Of a stretch of DNA of 64,000 nt, positions 17,851 to 28,331 are shown piece after piece. The notes beneath the pieces are model-generated. The model searched no databases. It was not told the DNA's origin and saw only the letters and a program-made list of their open reading frames with translations. The stretch lies in the NCBI GenBank assembly GCA_964461435.1, contig CAYWUI010000002.1, forward strand, positions 72-64,071, read 5' to 3'. This DNA is from an uncultured Bacteroidales bacterium (GTDB lineage: Bacteria > Bacteroidota > Bacteroidia > Bacteroidales > UBA10428). The translations under genes were made by a program, and so were the position numbers. The stretch's first letter is position 1; each line of letters begins with the position of its first letter.

Positions 17851-18883
17851 ATTCTGATGAATATAATATGGGTATTTTTACAGTAAAGCTTTTGCCTGAT
17901 TCTTCTATGATTACAGGTTTATCACTTAAAACTTCGTACCGCGACTTAATATTATTCAATCCTATCTTCTCCCTGCTTTCTATGACTTTCTTCCTTTGCA
18001 GATTATTCCTGACTACAATATAGGATTCCTCATTGCGCAGCTCTATAGTCAGGGGCCTATCATCCGAGATAACATTATGCTTTATTACATTCTCAATCAA
18101 TATCTGGATCGTCAGGGGGGCAATATAAAAGTTGCCGCCTTTTATTTTGTTCTTAATAATAAGATTTTCACCAAACCTTATTTTCTGCAGATAGAGATAG
18201 GAATCTATAAACTTAAGTTCTGTTGCAATATCAACAACTTCCTTATCTTTGAACTCGAGCACATACCTGTATACCTCCGAAAGCTTCTTAATAAAATGAC
18301 CGGCCACTTCCAGGTTTTGTGTTATCAACGTAGATAATGTATTCAGACTGTTAAACAAAAAATGAGGATTTACCTGGCTTTTTAATGTTTCATATTGTGC
18401 CGTAATACTTTCGCGCTTCAGCCTTTCCTCATTTTCTATGGATTTCTTCCAATATTTAAGAATTATATTGATATAAAAAAGCGAAATAATTATATAATCC
18501 ACTATGATACAGAATAAAGCCGTATAAATCCAGGTATTAATACAATTGGCAATTGGTATTCTGAGAATAAATCTATTGTATATTAAAGGATATAGAGTAC
18601 ACACAAGCAACCCGTATCCTAATAAGAATATCATTGACTTTATAAATGCCTTTTTGTTATTTTCAGACCATTTAAATTTTCGTCCTGTATATTTGCCGAT
18701 GTATTCATTCCCTTTCCATAATGAGATGCCAATAACAAGGCCGAAGGTTATATTTACAAAAAACACATATGCGGATTTTAATAATCGCGGGCCTACAAAT
18801 CCGTATGATATTAGAAATGATATCAGGAATACGAGTGTCAAAGCCAACATATGATTTAAAACTCTTTTGCCTGTTATTTTCAT
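17831..18883 (-). CDS. LytS/YehU-type sensor histidine kinase (membrane)
   Basis: It has N-terminal TM helices followed by NPHFLFNSLNTL (His_kinase domain) and a HATPase region. Confidence 0.85.
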   Translation of the reverse strand: MKITGKRVLNHMLALTLVFLISFLISYGFVGPRLLKSAYVFFVNITFGLVIGISLWKGNEYIGKYTGRKFKWSENNKKAFIKSMIFLLGYGLLVCTLYPLIYNRFILRIPIANCINTWIYTALFCIIVDYIIISLFYINIILKYWKKSIENEERLKRESITAQYETLKSQVNPHFLFNSLNTLSTLITQNLEVAGHFIKKLSEVYRYVLEFKDKEVVDIATELKFIDSYLYLQKIRFGENLIIKNKIKGGNFYIAPLTIQILIENVIKHNVISDDRPLTIELRNEESYIVVRNNLQRKKVIESREKIGLNNIKSRYEVLSDKPVIIEESGKSFTVKIPILYSSEYEHNSN

Positions 18884-18914
18884 GATTCGATGAATTTATT
18901 GTTCAACTGCAGTC

Positions 18915-19559
18915 TTAATCCTTATTCATGCATTTCTCCAGTAATTGATTGTTATATTCCTCTCCCCAGTCCGGTGAAATGGAATCAGCAGGAATAAAGT
19001 TTTTATATTTCTCCTTTGCAACACTAAGCAAAGGGCACGCTGCTGCCAGTCCGCCCCCGAAAGCTTCGGGTGTATAAAACAGGTTTGTCCCCAGCAAATA
19101 GTAGGGCCTGGGATTGTTTTCGTTAAGCTCTATTGCTTTATTGAGAGACTGTGCAGCTTTGGATGAATATACCTCTCCCCTTGCCCGGGGATCAGCCATT
19201 ATTCTTCCCTGGTACAGGAATCCGAGTAACGCATACAATTCAGATTCGTCAGGTGCCAGCTCCATGGCCTTGTCGATATTCGCCTCGGCAATATCAAGAT
19301 ACCGGTCACAGTTATCAGCCCCCTGTTGCTTTATTCCCAGAATAACATATATATATCCTGTATAATAATACGGGAGCCACTTATCTTTTTCGGCTGCCCC
19401 GATACGTTGAAATATGTTGGTAATATTACTGAAATCCTCCAGTGACTTTACATTTTCCATTGAATCCAGGGCATTTTTCATACTGCTGAAATAAAGGCTG
19501 TCTTGTGCGTAAGCACCTAAAGTTAAAAAAATTAACGTGTTAAGTATTATTTTTTTCAT
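18915..19559 (-). CDS. Secreted TPR-like helical protein, TatT-like (tentative); paralog type of 9113-9895
   Basis: Signal peptide MKKIILNTLIFLTLGAYAQ. The motif GTNLFYTPEAFGGGLAAA aligns with YYTPKILGGGLKKA of the other protein. Confidence 0.45.
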   Translation of the reverse strand: MKKIILNTLIFLTLGAYAQDSLYFSSMKNALDSMENVKSLEDFSNITNIFQRIGAAEKDKWLPYYYTGYIYVILGIKQQGADNCDRYLDIAEANIDKAMELAPDESELYALLGFLYQGRIMADPRARGEVYSSKAAQSLNKAIELNENNPRPYYLLGTNLFYTPEAFGGGLAAACPLLSVAKEKYKNFIPADSISPDWGEEYNNQLLEKCMNKD

Positions 19560-19586
19560 GGTTCATAAGTTTTGAAAGTTAATAAT

Positions 19587-21731
19587 CTATTTTATTGAAA
19601 TAAATATCGCTAATATAAATGTCCTTTTTGCATAGGGTTTAACGGGATGTGCCTCAAAAATATCATTTGCACCGGGCTCACTGCTATATTTATAACTGAA
19701 GATGTTATCAAATCCCAGCAGGTTATTTACTGAAAAATGGATTATTGTAAATTTTCCAAACAGTTGTGTCAGATAGCTGCTGTTTATGCTCAGATTCTGG
19801 TATGCTTTTGTCCTGTCACGCAGGAATTCAGCGTTATTGGGATTATAATAAGGCCTGCCACTGGCCAGCTTATAAGTGATGCTGAGCTGGTTATTAAGTT
19901 TTGATATCCAGTATTTAAAGACAACAGACAAATTATGGTCGGAAACAAATGTCGGGGTTGCCGGCTCCGGGAAATCTTCATGATCCCTTTTAGTATCTAT
20001 GTATGAGTAAGATATCCAGTAATCTGCATTCTTCAGCGTCTTTTTATCCCTCCAGAATATATCAATTCCTCTTGCATAGCCATAACCCAGATTATTAATG
20101 CTGTTATAACCATATGTGTAAGGTGTATCCGTATCCTCATATTTAACCAGTTTATTATAGCTTTTATAATAGGCCTCAACTCTCAGGGTTCTATTTTCAA
20201 ACTGGTACTGGTAATTTAAAATATAATGGACTGCTTTCTCTGAACTGAGCTGATCATCAAATTTAAGGTATTCATCCCGCGGTGACTGGTAAAATGTACC
20301 CCATGCAAATGATAGCTGTCCCCTTTTGCTTATCTTATAAGCCAGTGAAAGTCTGGGTGCCAGGTTTGCTTCCTTTAACAGGGACGAATGTTCCGCCCTG
20401 GTCCCTATACGTCCGGCTGCCCTGTTGCCTGCCTTAATTTCAGCTTCAATAAATACTGACGATATATTATTTAAATATCCGATATCATAATTATTCCGGT
20501 ATTCACTTATTAGCTGGTTGTATTTTATACTCAATATTTCACCCCCGAATTTTACTGAAAAATAATCGCTCATATTATCTATTAATGATATACGGCTTTG
20601 AATAACCCTGGCAATATCATTGATCCTGTCATTGTTGACATTAATATTTTCGCTGTCGTAATTGCAGGCAACACCCCCCTTAATCATCCATCTGTCATTA
20701 AGCATATCGCTATAGGTAGTATTGAAATAGAAGTTATTATCCGTCAATTTTATAAGGTCATCAGAATTAGTATCATAATCAGGGTAATACAGGCTGCTTG
20801 AAGAATGGCTCAAAGAGCTGAAGGTTTTTATCAGCCCTTCTTTCCTTACCTTTTTCCTGAACACTGCAGTCCCTCCGATACTCTCAGGTTCCTTTACCCA
20901 GTCGAGGTTATGGTTGATAATCCTGAAATAGGGAGTAAGGTTTACATAATCTGATGAAATGGTAAGCGAAGTATTATCCCATCTCCTTGTATGTGAAGCA
21001 CCGCACCCCACTGATAACAGCGATATGCTTGTAACATCTTCTTCAGGCAGGGCGTTTGTATTCAGTATAAGTGCAGACGATAATGCCTGCCCGTATTCAG
21101 CGGAATACCCGCCTGTGCTGAATAACATTCCGTTAAACAGGAAAGGGGAAAAGCGTCCTCTCACGGGAATATCAGGTAATCCGGATGTATAGGGTGACCG
21201 GACCAGCATACCATCCATAAAAGTTTTTGTTTCATAGCTGTCGCCCCCCCTGACAAACAGCCGTCCCGTCTCTCCAACCGTCTGTGTTCCCGGCAAAGTG
21301 TTGACAGCCCCGTAAATATCACCTTCGGAACTTGCAGTGGTTACGATATCAAGAGGTTTAAGCAAAACTGACTTCTTCCTGTCGCTGGCTTCAAAGAACC
21401 CCGCATTTATTACAGCAGCATCTATGGAATTGCTGCTTTCCTTTAATACTATATCAAACCTTAAATTGGAATTATCCAGTGCAATTTCTTCTTCAAAATT
21501 TATATATCCAATGAAGCTCACCACAAGGATTTGGCTCCCCGTGAGCCGTGTTTCGAGCATGAACTGTCCCTCGCCACCGGCAGTGCAGCCTTCATAGGTA
21601 TTTTTTATATAAATATTTGCACCGGTAAGGGATTCACCTTTACGGTTTGTTACCCTTCCTGAAATATAAGACTGGGCTTCTATTCCGGTAACAAATAAAA
21701 AAAGTATAATATTTATCAGAAAAATTTTCAT
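19587..21731 (-). CDS. TonB-dependent receptor with N-terminal carboxypeptidase-regulatory-like domain
   Basis: The likely start is the ATG at 21729-21731 (MKIFLINIILFLFVTGIEAQ). The track start at 21764 adds 11 residues. ISGRVTNRKGESLTGANIYI is followed by plug-type LPGTQ...GRLFVRGG and a long beta-barrel region. Confidence 0.8.
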   Translation of the reverse strand: MKIFLINIILFLFVTGIEAQSYISGRVTNRKGESLTGANIYIKNTYEGCTAGGEGQFMLETRLTGSQILVVSFIGYINFEEEIALDNSNLRFDIVLKESSNSIDAAVINAGFFEASDRKKSVLLKPLDIVTTASSEGDIYGAVNTLPGTQTVGETGRLFVRGGDSYETKTFMDGMLVRSPYTSGLPDIPVRGRFSPFLFNGMLFSTGGYSAEYGQALSSALILNTNALPEEDVTSISLLSVGCGASHTRRWDNTSLTISSDYVNLTPYFRIINHNLDWVKEPESIGGTAVFRKKVRKEGLIKTFSSLSHSSSSLYYPDYDTNSDDLIKLTDNNFYFNTTYSDMLNDRWMIKGGVACNYDSENINVNNDRINDIARVIQSRISLIDNMSDYFSVKFGGEILSIKYNQLISEYRNNYDIGYLNNISSVFIEAEIKAGNRAAGRIGTRAEHSSLLKEANLAPRLSLAYKISKRGQLSFAWGTFYQSPRDEYLKFDDQLSSEKAVHYILNYQYQFENRTLRVEAYYKSYNKLVKYEDTDTPYTYGYNSINNLGYGYARGIDIFWRDKKTLKNADYWISYSYIDTKRDHEDFPEPATPTFVSDHNLSVVFKYWISKLNNQLSITYKLASGRPYYNPNNAEFLRDRTKAYQNLSINSSYLTQLFGKFTIIHFSVNNLLGFDNIFSYKYSSEPGANDIFEAHPVKPYAKRTFILAIFISIK

Positions 21732-21869
21732 GGTATATTTGTTGATATCCGTGACAAATATCAATTAATAAGAGCGCCCTGAAAAAATTAAGTTGCTGAA
21801 CTGTCGAAAAAAGGTGCTGAATTGAAGCGGGATACAACATCTCAATCCGGTTTTTTATACTTTTAGACT

Positions 21870-22535
21870 ATGAAACTGACACTGGTCATAACAAAAGACG
21901 GCTCACATACCCTGTTTGTGCCGGCGTTGAATGAACATTATCATTCAACATACGGTGCCTTACAGGAGTCGGAACATGTATTTATCAACGAAGGATTAAA
22001 ATGCTGCCCGAAAAAAAATATCACTGTATTTGAAATCGGATTCGGAACCGGCTTAAATGCATTGCTCGCAGCTATAGAATCCGTCAGCCAAAATATAAAG
22101 ATAACTTACTATACAATTGAAAATAACCCCCTGGGTATTAATACCATATGCCAGCTTAATTATCCCGATATCATGAAATTAAAAGATAACACGAGGAAGC
22201 TCTTTTATGACATGCATAATGCCGAATGGGACAAAGAGCTGGAACTGCACATGAATTTCAGGATCACCAAAATAAAAAACGATATTACAGAGTTTAGTAT
22301 ACCCTTTACATATGATGTAGTATTCTTTGATGCTTTTGCTCCTTCTAAACAGCCTGAAATGTGGGACATCTCAGTGTTTCAGAAGATATATGATAATATG
22401 GCCGCCGGCGGGATACTTACAACTTATTGTGCCAAAGGTGAAGTAAAAAGAAGACTTAAATCGGCCGGATTCAGTGTTGAAAGTGTTCAGGGCCCCCAGG
22501 GAAAAAGAGAAATGATAAGAGCCCGGAAAACATAA
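21870..22535 (+). CDS. mnmD: tRNA (mnm5s2U34) methyltransferase, MnmD-type (stand-alone MnmC methyltransferase domain)
   Basis: TKDGSHTLF...HYHS..GA..ES.HVFI, EIGFGTGLN and FFDAFAPSKQPEMW. Confidence 0.75.
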   Translation: MKLTLVITKDGSHTLFVPALNEHYHSTYGALQESEHVFINEGLKCCPKKNITVFEIGFGTGLNALLAAIESVSQNIKITYYTIENNPLGINTICQLNYPDIMKLKDNTRKLFYDMHNAEWDKELELHMNFRITKIKNDITEFSIPFTYDVVFFDAFAPSKQPEMWDISVFQKIYDNMAAGGILTTYCAKGEVKRRLKSAGFSVESVQGPQGKREMIRARKT

Positions 22536-22680
22536 ATAACCTTTTTGAACTTTCTGCAAACCTGCGTGTTTTTATTTAATATGAATTAACAGGAAATGTT
22601 AATAATCATTCATAAAAGAATTTGAGTCATTTTATTTCTATTATAATCTTAATTCGTATTTTTACTAAACCAAGATAGCT

Positions 22681-23148
22681 ATGACACAATTAAAAGAAGG
22701 AGATAAAGCTCCTGCATTCGAAGGTAAAAACCAGGATGGCAAAACCATCAGGTTAAACGATTTTAAGGGTAAGAAAGTGGTTTTATACTTTTACCCCAAG
22801 GATAATACCCCGGGATGTACTGAAGAAGCATGCAACTTGAGGGATAATTATGCTGAACTATCCGAAAAGGGATTCGAGGTTATAGGCATCAGTCCCGATA
22901 GTGAGAAATCACACATAAAGTTCAGGGGTAAGCACAAGCTTCCATACAACCTGATTTCAGACAGTGAAAAGAAAATACTTAAAGACTATGGGGCATGGGG
23001 TGAAAAAAGCATGTATGGAAAATTTTTTAAAGGGGTATTGCGGACAACATTTATTATAAATGAAGAAGGAGTGATCGAGAAGGTCTTTACAAAAGTTAAC
23101 ACTAAAGACCATGCCAGACAAATTTTAGAGGGACTGGCAATTAATTAA
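22681..23148 (+). CDS. bcp: Thioredoxin-dependent peroxiredoxin Bcp
   Basis: LYFYPKDNTPGCTEEAC motif. 155 aa. Confidence 0.9.
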   Translation: MTQLKEGDKAPAFEGKNQDGKTIRLNDFKGKKVVLYFYPKDNTPGCTEEACNLRDNYAELSEKGFEVIGISPDSEKSHIKFRGKHKLPYNLISDSEKKILKDYGAWGEKSMYGKFFKGVLRTTFIINEEGVIEKVFTKVNTKDHARQILEGLAIN

Positions 23149-23254
23149 CAATTCATTCCCTTATAACTGACATTATTAAGGCCCGGTCAATTTCAGGGAG
23201 TGAACAGTATAATCACAAAGTTTACTTTTAATCAATAATTAAAAAGCTTTAATA

Positions 23255-24274
23255 ATGGCAAAAGAACAAACCGCTAACGAAGTTAAACAGCAAAAGCTAA
23301 AAGCACTGGAACTTACCCTAGGGAAAATTGAAAAAGACTTTGGCAAAGGAGCTATAATGAAATTGGGAGACCGTGTTGTTGAAAATGTAGCTTCAATATC
23401 GTCAGGATCCATTGCCATGGACCTGGCACTGGGAATAGGAGGTTATCCCAGGGGAAGGGTTATCGAAATATACGGACCCGAGGCGTCAGGGAAAACAACA
23501 CTGGCGATACATGCTATTGCCGAAGCTCAAAAAGCAGGAGGTATTGCGGCTTTTATTGACGCTGAACATGCTTTCGACCGCCTGTATGCCCAAAAACTGG
23601 GTGTTGATGTTGAGAATCTGCTTATATCACAACCTGATGACGGTGAACAAGCGCTGGAAATCACCGATCATCTCATCCGCTCAGGAGCCATAGATATTAT
23701 TGTTATCGACTCAGTGGCAGCACTAACGCCACGCGCAGAGATAGAAGGGGAAATGGGTGACTCCAAAATGGGCCTCCAGGCAAGATTAATGTCTCAGGCC
23801 TTAAGAAAACTTACCGCGAATATTAACAAGACAAATACGTGCTGCATCTTTATAAACCAGCTGAGAGAAAAAATAGGAGTTCTGTTCGGCAATCCCGAAA
23901 CCACAACAGGCGGAAATGCATTAAAATTTTATGCCTCGGTAAGAGTGGATATTAGAAGAGTTACACAGATTAAAGAGGGCGAAGAAGTGTTAGGCAACCG
24001 CGCAAGAGTAAAAATTGTAAAGAATAAACTGGCACCTCCCTTCCGTAAAGCCGAATTTGATATTTTATACGGTGAAGGTATATCAAGGCTGGGTGAAATA
24101 ATCGATCTGGGAGTAGATACGGAAATCATATCAAAAAGCGGTTCATGGTTCAGCTATGGAGATACCAAGCTGGGACAGGGGCGTGATGCAGTAAAAGCGC
24201 TTCTTGCCGATAATCCCGAGCTTACAGAGGAATTGAAACAGAAGATTATTGACAAAATATTTAAAAACAGCTAA
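23255..24274 (+). CDS. recA: Recombinase RecA
   Basis: Full-length match, including [18 protein letters not shown] and [11 protein letters not shown]. Confidence 0.97.
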   Translation: MAKEQTANEVKQQKLKALELTLGKIEKDFGKGAIMKLGDRVVENVASISSGSIAMDLALGIGGYPRGRVIEIYGPEASGKTTLAIHAIAEAQKAGGIAAFIDAEHAFDRLYAQKLGVDVENLLISQPDDGEQALEITDHLIRSGAIDIIVIDSVAALTPRAEIEGEMGDSKMGLQARLMSQALRKLTANINKTNTCCIFINQLREKIGVLFGNPETTTGGNALKFYASVRVDIRRVTQIKEGEEVLGNRARVKIVKNKLAPPFRKAEFDILYGEGISRLGEIIDLGVDTEIISKSGSWFSYGDTKLGQGRDAVKALLADNPELTEELKQKIIDKIFKNS

Positions 24275-24909
24275 TAATCATCTATCACCGGCATACCTGT
24301 CAGATGACAAATATCACCCCATGTTTCAAGTTTCCATTCCCCGTTATCAATAATAAACCTGTTTATTCCGGCATTATATATTGAGAAATTTCTTTTATTA
24401 TGAACAGGTATATCTAAAGTATACCTTATTGCAATGTCCAGAACTCCCCCGTGTGCGACAAGCAGTATATTCCGGTATTCGTGCATCCGGACAATCCTTT
24501 TCAGTGTCAGTATAATCCTGTCATAAAATTGCTGTTTGCTTTCTCCGCCCGGTATTATGTATTCAGGATCGGAATGAAATTTTTTAATGACTTCAGGATA
24601 TTTCAATATAAATTCATCCCTCTTTAGGCCCTGCATCAGTCCCATGTTTATCTCCCGAAGGCCTGCGTCAGTCCTGACTTCCATATTTAATTTCCCGGCA
24701 ATTATATCGGCCGTATGCCTGGCCCTCTCAAGATCACTGCTGTAGATGACATCAAACGTACCTCCTGATAATGCCCCTGCTATTGCCCTGGCCTGCCTGA
24801 TTCCCAACTGTGAAAGCCCGCTGTTAAGGTGTCCCTGAAACCTGTTTTGTAAATTCCATTCGGTTTCACCATGCCTGACTATTATAAGCCTGGTTATCCT
24901 GGCTTTCAT
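24271..24909 (-). CDS. Histidine phosphatase (phosphoglycerate mutase) family protein
   Basis: [12 protein letters not shown] catalytic motif. 212 aa. Confidence 0.8.
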   Translation of the reverse strand: MKARITRLIIVRHGETEWNLQNRFQGHLNSGLSQLGIRQARAIAGALSGGTFDVIYSSDLERARHTADIIAGKLNMEVRTDAGLREINMGLMQGLKRDEFILKYPEVIKKFHSDPEYIIPGGESKQQFYDRIILTLKRIVRMHEYRNILLVAHGGVLDIAIRYTLDIPVHNKRNFSIYNAGINRFIIDNGEWKLETWGDICHLTGMPVIDDY

Positions 24910-24929
24910 TTCTTCATATCCGTATTAAT

Positions 24930-26636
24930 TTAACCATTCGTATTTACCTTCCCGGAAAGCTTTGCCCATGTATCCTTCAATGTGACTGTCCTGTTGACAA
25001 CAAGTCTTTCTTCATCGGAATCAGGATCTACACAAAAATAGCCAAGCCTCTCAAACTGAAATTTATCTCCCTGCTTTGCTTTCCTTATCGATGGCTCAAC
25101 GTAGCCCGGGATAGTTTTTAAAGAATCCGGATTCAGGTTTGATGTAAAATCCCTGCCCTCCCCTGATTCATAAGGATCTTCAAGGTCAAACAACCGGTCA
25201 TATAATCTCATTTCAGCTTTGACAGCATGTTCAGCAGATACCCAGTGTATAGTCCCTCTGACTTTTCTGCCGTCAGGAGACTGTCCCCCTCTCGAGGCAG
25301 GATCATAGGTACATATTAATTCGATTATTTCTCCCTTATCATTTTTAATAAATTCTTTACATATGATAAAATAAGCATACCTTAACCTTACCTCCCCACC
25401 CGGTGATAAGCGGAAGAATTTTTTTGGCGGATCCACCATAAAATCATCCTTTTCAATATAAATAACCCGTGAAAAAGGGATTTTTCTCTCACCCATGCTT
25501 TCATCTTCGGGATTATTGACAGCATTTAACTCCTCAGTCTCACCTTCAGGATAATTCTCAATAACAACCTTTAAAGGATTTATAATGCCCATGACCCTCC
25601 GGGCTCTTTTATTCAGATCCTCCCTCAGGCAATACTCGAGAAGTCCTATGTCAATTATGTTCTCACGTTTAGCAACACCAACACGCTCAGCAAAATTTCT
25701 TATCGATTCAGGCGTATACCCCCTCCTTCTCAGACCTGATATGGTTGGCATCCTGGGGTCATCCCATCCTTTGACATGCCCTTCCCTGACAAGGGTCAGA
25801 AGCATCCTCTTGCTCATAACCGTGTAGTTCAGATTAAGCCTGGCAAATTCATATTGCCGGGGCCTGTACCCTGACGGGTCATCCAGTATATTGTCAAGAC
25901 ACCAGTCATATAAAGGTCTGTGCACCTCGAACTCGAGAGTGCATAATGAATAAGTTATTCCTTCAATGTAATCGGACTGGCCATGTGCCCAGTCGTACAT
26001 CGGATATATGCACCACCTGTCACCCGTGCGGTGGTGGGAGGCATGCTTTATCCTGTAAATCACAGGATCCCTCATATGCATATTGGGTGATGCCATATCT
26101 ATTTTTGCCCTGAGAACCTTTGATCCGTCAGGAAACTCACCTTTCTTCATCCTTTCAAATAAATCGAGGTTCTCCTCAACAGAACGGTTCCTGTAATGAC
26201 TTTCCTCACCCGGCCGTGTGGGAGTGCCCCTGGTGGCTGCCACTCTTTCAGCACTGCTCTCATCTATATAAGCAAGCCCCTTTCTTATCAGCTTAACAGC
26301 CCACTCGTAAAGCTGCCCAAAATAATCAGAAGCATAATACTCCCTGTCCTCCCAGTCAAAACCTAACCACCTTATATCTTCCTTAATAGATTCGACATAT
26401 TCAGCCTCCTCGGTAACCGGATTGGTATCATCAAAACGAAGATTACACTTGCCATTATATTGTTCTGCGATTCCGAAATTCAAACATATAGCCTTTGCAT
26501 GCCCTATATGTAAATACCCGTTAGGTTCAGGCGGAAACCTTGTATGTACCTTACCATTATGTTTCCCCTTCTTTAAGTCTTCCTCGATAATCTCTTCAAT
26601 GAAATTTAATGACTTGCTGTTATCTTCCTTCCCCAT
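24930..26636 (-). CDS. glnS: Glutamine--tRNA ligase
   Basis: [17 protein letters not shown] (HIGH) and VMSKR (KMSKS). 568 aa. Confidence 0.95.
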   Translation of the reverse strand: MGKEDNSKSLNFIEEIIEEDLKKGKHNGKVHTRFPPEPNGYLHIGHAKAICLNFGIAEQYNGKCNLRFDDTNPVTEEAEYVESIKEDIRWLGFDWEDREYYASDYFGQLYEWAVKLIRKGLAYIDESSAERVAATRGTPTRPGEESHYRNRSVEENLDLFERMKKGEFPDGSKVLRAKIDMASPNMHMRDPVIYRIKHASHHRTGDRWCIYPMYDWAHGQSDYIEGITYSLCTLEFEVHRPLYDWCLDNILDDPSGYRPRQYEFARLNLNYTVMSKRMLLTLVREGHVKGWDDPRMPTISGLRRRGYTPESIRNFAERVGVAKRENIIDIGLLEYCLREDLNKRARRVMGIINPLKVVIENYPEGETEELNAVNNPEDESMGERKIPFSRVIYIEKDDFMVDPPKKFFRLSPGGEVRLRYAYFIICKEFIKNDKGEIIELICTYDPASRGGQSPDGRKVRGTIHWVSAEHAVKAEMRLYDRLFDLEDPYESGEGRDFTSNLNPDSLKTIPGYVEPSIRKAKQGDKFQFERLGYFCVDPDSDEERLVVNRTVTLKDTWAKLSGKVNTNG

Positions 26637-26767
26637 TATAACATGATTAATATGCTTTAATTGGCGTTAATATTTTAAAATGCAAAAGTAACTATTTTTA
26701 AGTTAGATGTGTTCAATTATGAATTTATTGAATATATTAGTTGCCGGTTTAACAAATATATTGCAGC

Positions 26768-27118
26768 ATGGGATTGATACAGCTTGAAAATATGGAGTTC
26801 TATGCCTATCACGGGCATTTCAGGGAAGAACAAATAGTAGGGAGCAAATTCCTGGTATCCCTCTCGATAAAAACCGATCTGAGCAAGGCAGCTAAATCAG
26901 ATAATCTTAAAGATACTGTTAACTATCACAAGGCATATCTCGTTGTACAAGAAGAAATGAACAGGAGATCAAATCTTATCGAAAATACGGCTTCCCGGAT
27001 ACTCGATGCTTTATATGAGAATTTTCCCGCTATTACTTATGCTGCAGTTAAAATATCAAAGATCAATCCCCCTATCGGAGGAAAGGCTGACTGCGTAAGC
27101 GTCACGCTGGAAAGATAA
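26768..27118 (+). CDS. folB: Dihydroneopterin aldolase
   Basis: 116 aa. FYAYHG...EE...G and NY motifs are typical of FolB. Confidence 0.8.
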   Translation: MGLIQLENMEFYAYHGHFREEQIVGSKFLVSLSIKTDLSKAAKSDNLKDTVNYHKAYLVVQEEMNRRSNLIENTASRILDALYENFPAITYAAVKISKINPPIGGKADCVSVTLER

Positions 27119-27270
27119 AACAGGGACAGCGCCCATTTTTCATTATAGAGGGACAGCGCCCATTTTTCATTATAGAGGGACGACGCCTAATATTATTACA
27201 TTGGAATTAATATTTATTATGCTGGAATTAAATGGGCGCTGTCCCTATTTTATGGGCGCTGTCCCTGTTT
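27118..27270. repeat. GC-rich nested inverted repeat (duplicated arms) filling the folB / porP-sprF convergent spacer; probable bidirectional terminator, REPIN-like
   Basis: GGGACAGCGCCCAT occurs at 27123-27136 and 27150-27163 inside a 27-bp tandem unit. A decayed third start lies at 27177-27187. The exact reverse complement ATGGGCGCTGTCCC occurs at 27232-27245 and 27252-27265. The outer arms form a perfect 19-bp inverted repeat (27118-27136 / 27252-27270). Each outermost stem is followed by a T-rich stretch on its own strand. Confidence 0.9.
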
Positions 27271-28268
27271 TAAAACTCGGGGCAGGGAAGCATACGGGGC
27301 TTTCTCCTTCTTGCCTTTGTTTTGAAATTATATGACAGTGATATCTCATGTGAGCCTCCCGTCCTTGATATCAGCCTGGATATTGTAAAGTCATAGCTGT
27401 AGCCTATATTTATATCCTTGATCTTATAACCGGTCAATATCGTGAACGCATCCCTGTTAGAGTCAGAGTTGTAGAATGGAATGCCCCTGTACCAGAATCC
27501 GAGGACAAGCGGACTCCTGTAAAAGTAAATACCCAGGTCAAGCTGGTTATACTGACCCTGGGACTTGAATAAAAATGCCAGCTGCAAAGTGGTAGGTAAG
27601 GGTCTTAGCAAATTCTCATGTTTAATAAACTTTGTGCCCCCGAAAGCAGAGTACTTTATCGGCACATGTGCCGGATTACCATCTTCATCTTCATAAAAGT
27701 AAAATGAATGATTGGGCTTGAGCAGGTGATCGACGCAGAAACCCAGCCAGAATCTGTCAGAATATGTTAATGCCGAAGCTGAAAAATCAAGATCACCAAC
27801 ATGGTTCACGGGAAATACTTCTGCTGTTGCAGGGGCATTCTCATTTACCGATATCTGGTCTGCCCAAAGCAGATCCTCAAAATCTATAGCCCTCTCAGTA
27901 TACAAAAAGTGCATGCCCGGCCTTATATGCCAGAGATTATTGATCTTAATATCAAAAGAATACTGCAGTCCCACATTGGTTGAGCGCAACCTCCCGCTTC
28001 CTGCCTCGTCACACAGAAATAGAATTCCCAGTCCGCTTCTGAACTTTTCAAAGTATTTGTCAAATGATGCTGAATATGTATTATATCCGTGTGCTATCTC
28101 AGGCCATTGCTTGCGATAATTTATGGCAATACGGTTATTCTCAACCAGTCCGGAAAAGGAAGGCGCCAGGTATAAATAATTTGAATAAAACTGGGAGAAC
28201 TGAGGATCCTGACCAAAGAACGGCCTTAACAGCAATGCCAGGAATAATATAGAAATCAGCTTTTTCAC
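27270..28268 (-). CDS. T9SS membrane protein, PorP/SprF family
   Basis: GQDPQFSQFYSNYLYLAPSFSG N-terminal signature. It appears to use a GTG start. 332 aa. It lies 63 nt downstream of the type B CTD adhesin. Confidence 0.9.
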   Translation of the reverse strand: MKKLISILFLALLLRPFFGQDPQFSQFYSNYLYLAPSFSGLVENNRIAINYRKQWPEIAHGYNTYSASFDKYFEKFRSGLGILFLCDEAGSGRLRSTNVGLQYSFDIKINNLWHIRPGMHFLYTERAIDFEDLLWADQISVNENAPATAEVFPVNHVGDLDFSASALTYSDRFWLGFCVDHLLKPNHSFYFYEDEDGNPAHVPIKYSAFGGTKFIKHENLLRPLPTTLQLAFLFKSQGQYNQLDLGIYFYRSPLVLGFWYRGIPFYNSDSNRDAFTILTGYKIKDINIGYSYDFTISRLISRTGGSHEISLSYNFKTKARRRKPRMLPCPEF

Positions 28269-28331
28269 AACATGCCGGGTTTGTAATTTATTTATTTTGT
28301 TATCAATAATTCAATATCTGTTTGTAGCAAC

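Noticed and set aside
24271-24274. Convergent recA and phosphatase genes share overlapping stop codons (CTAA), leaving no terminator
   Set aside because: It is real but unremarkable in compact genomes, and no further structure is seen.
27123-27187. A possible mini CRISPR array, because of 27-bp direct repeats
   Set aside because: There are only 2.4 contiguous copies with no spacers between them. Inverted copies lie 50 nt away and no cas genes are present. It is an inverted-repeat/terminator-type element.
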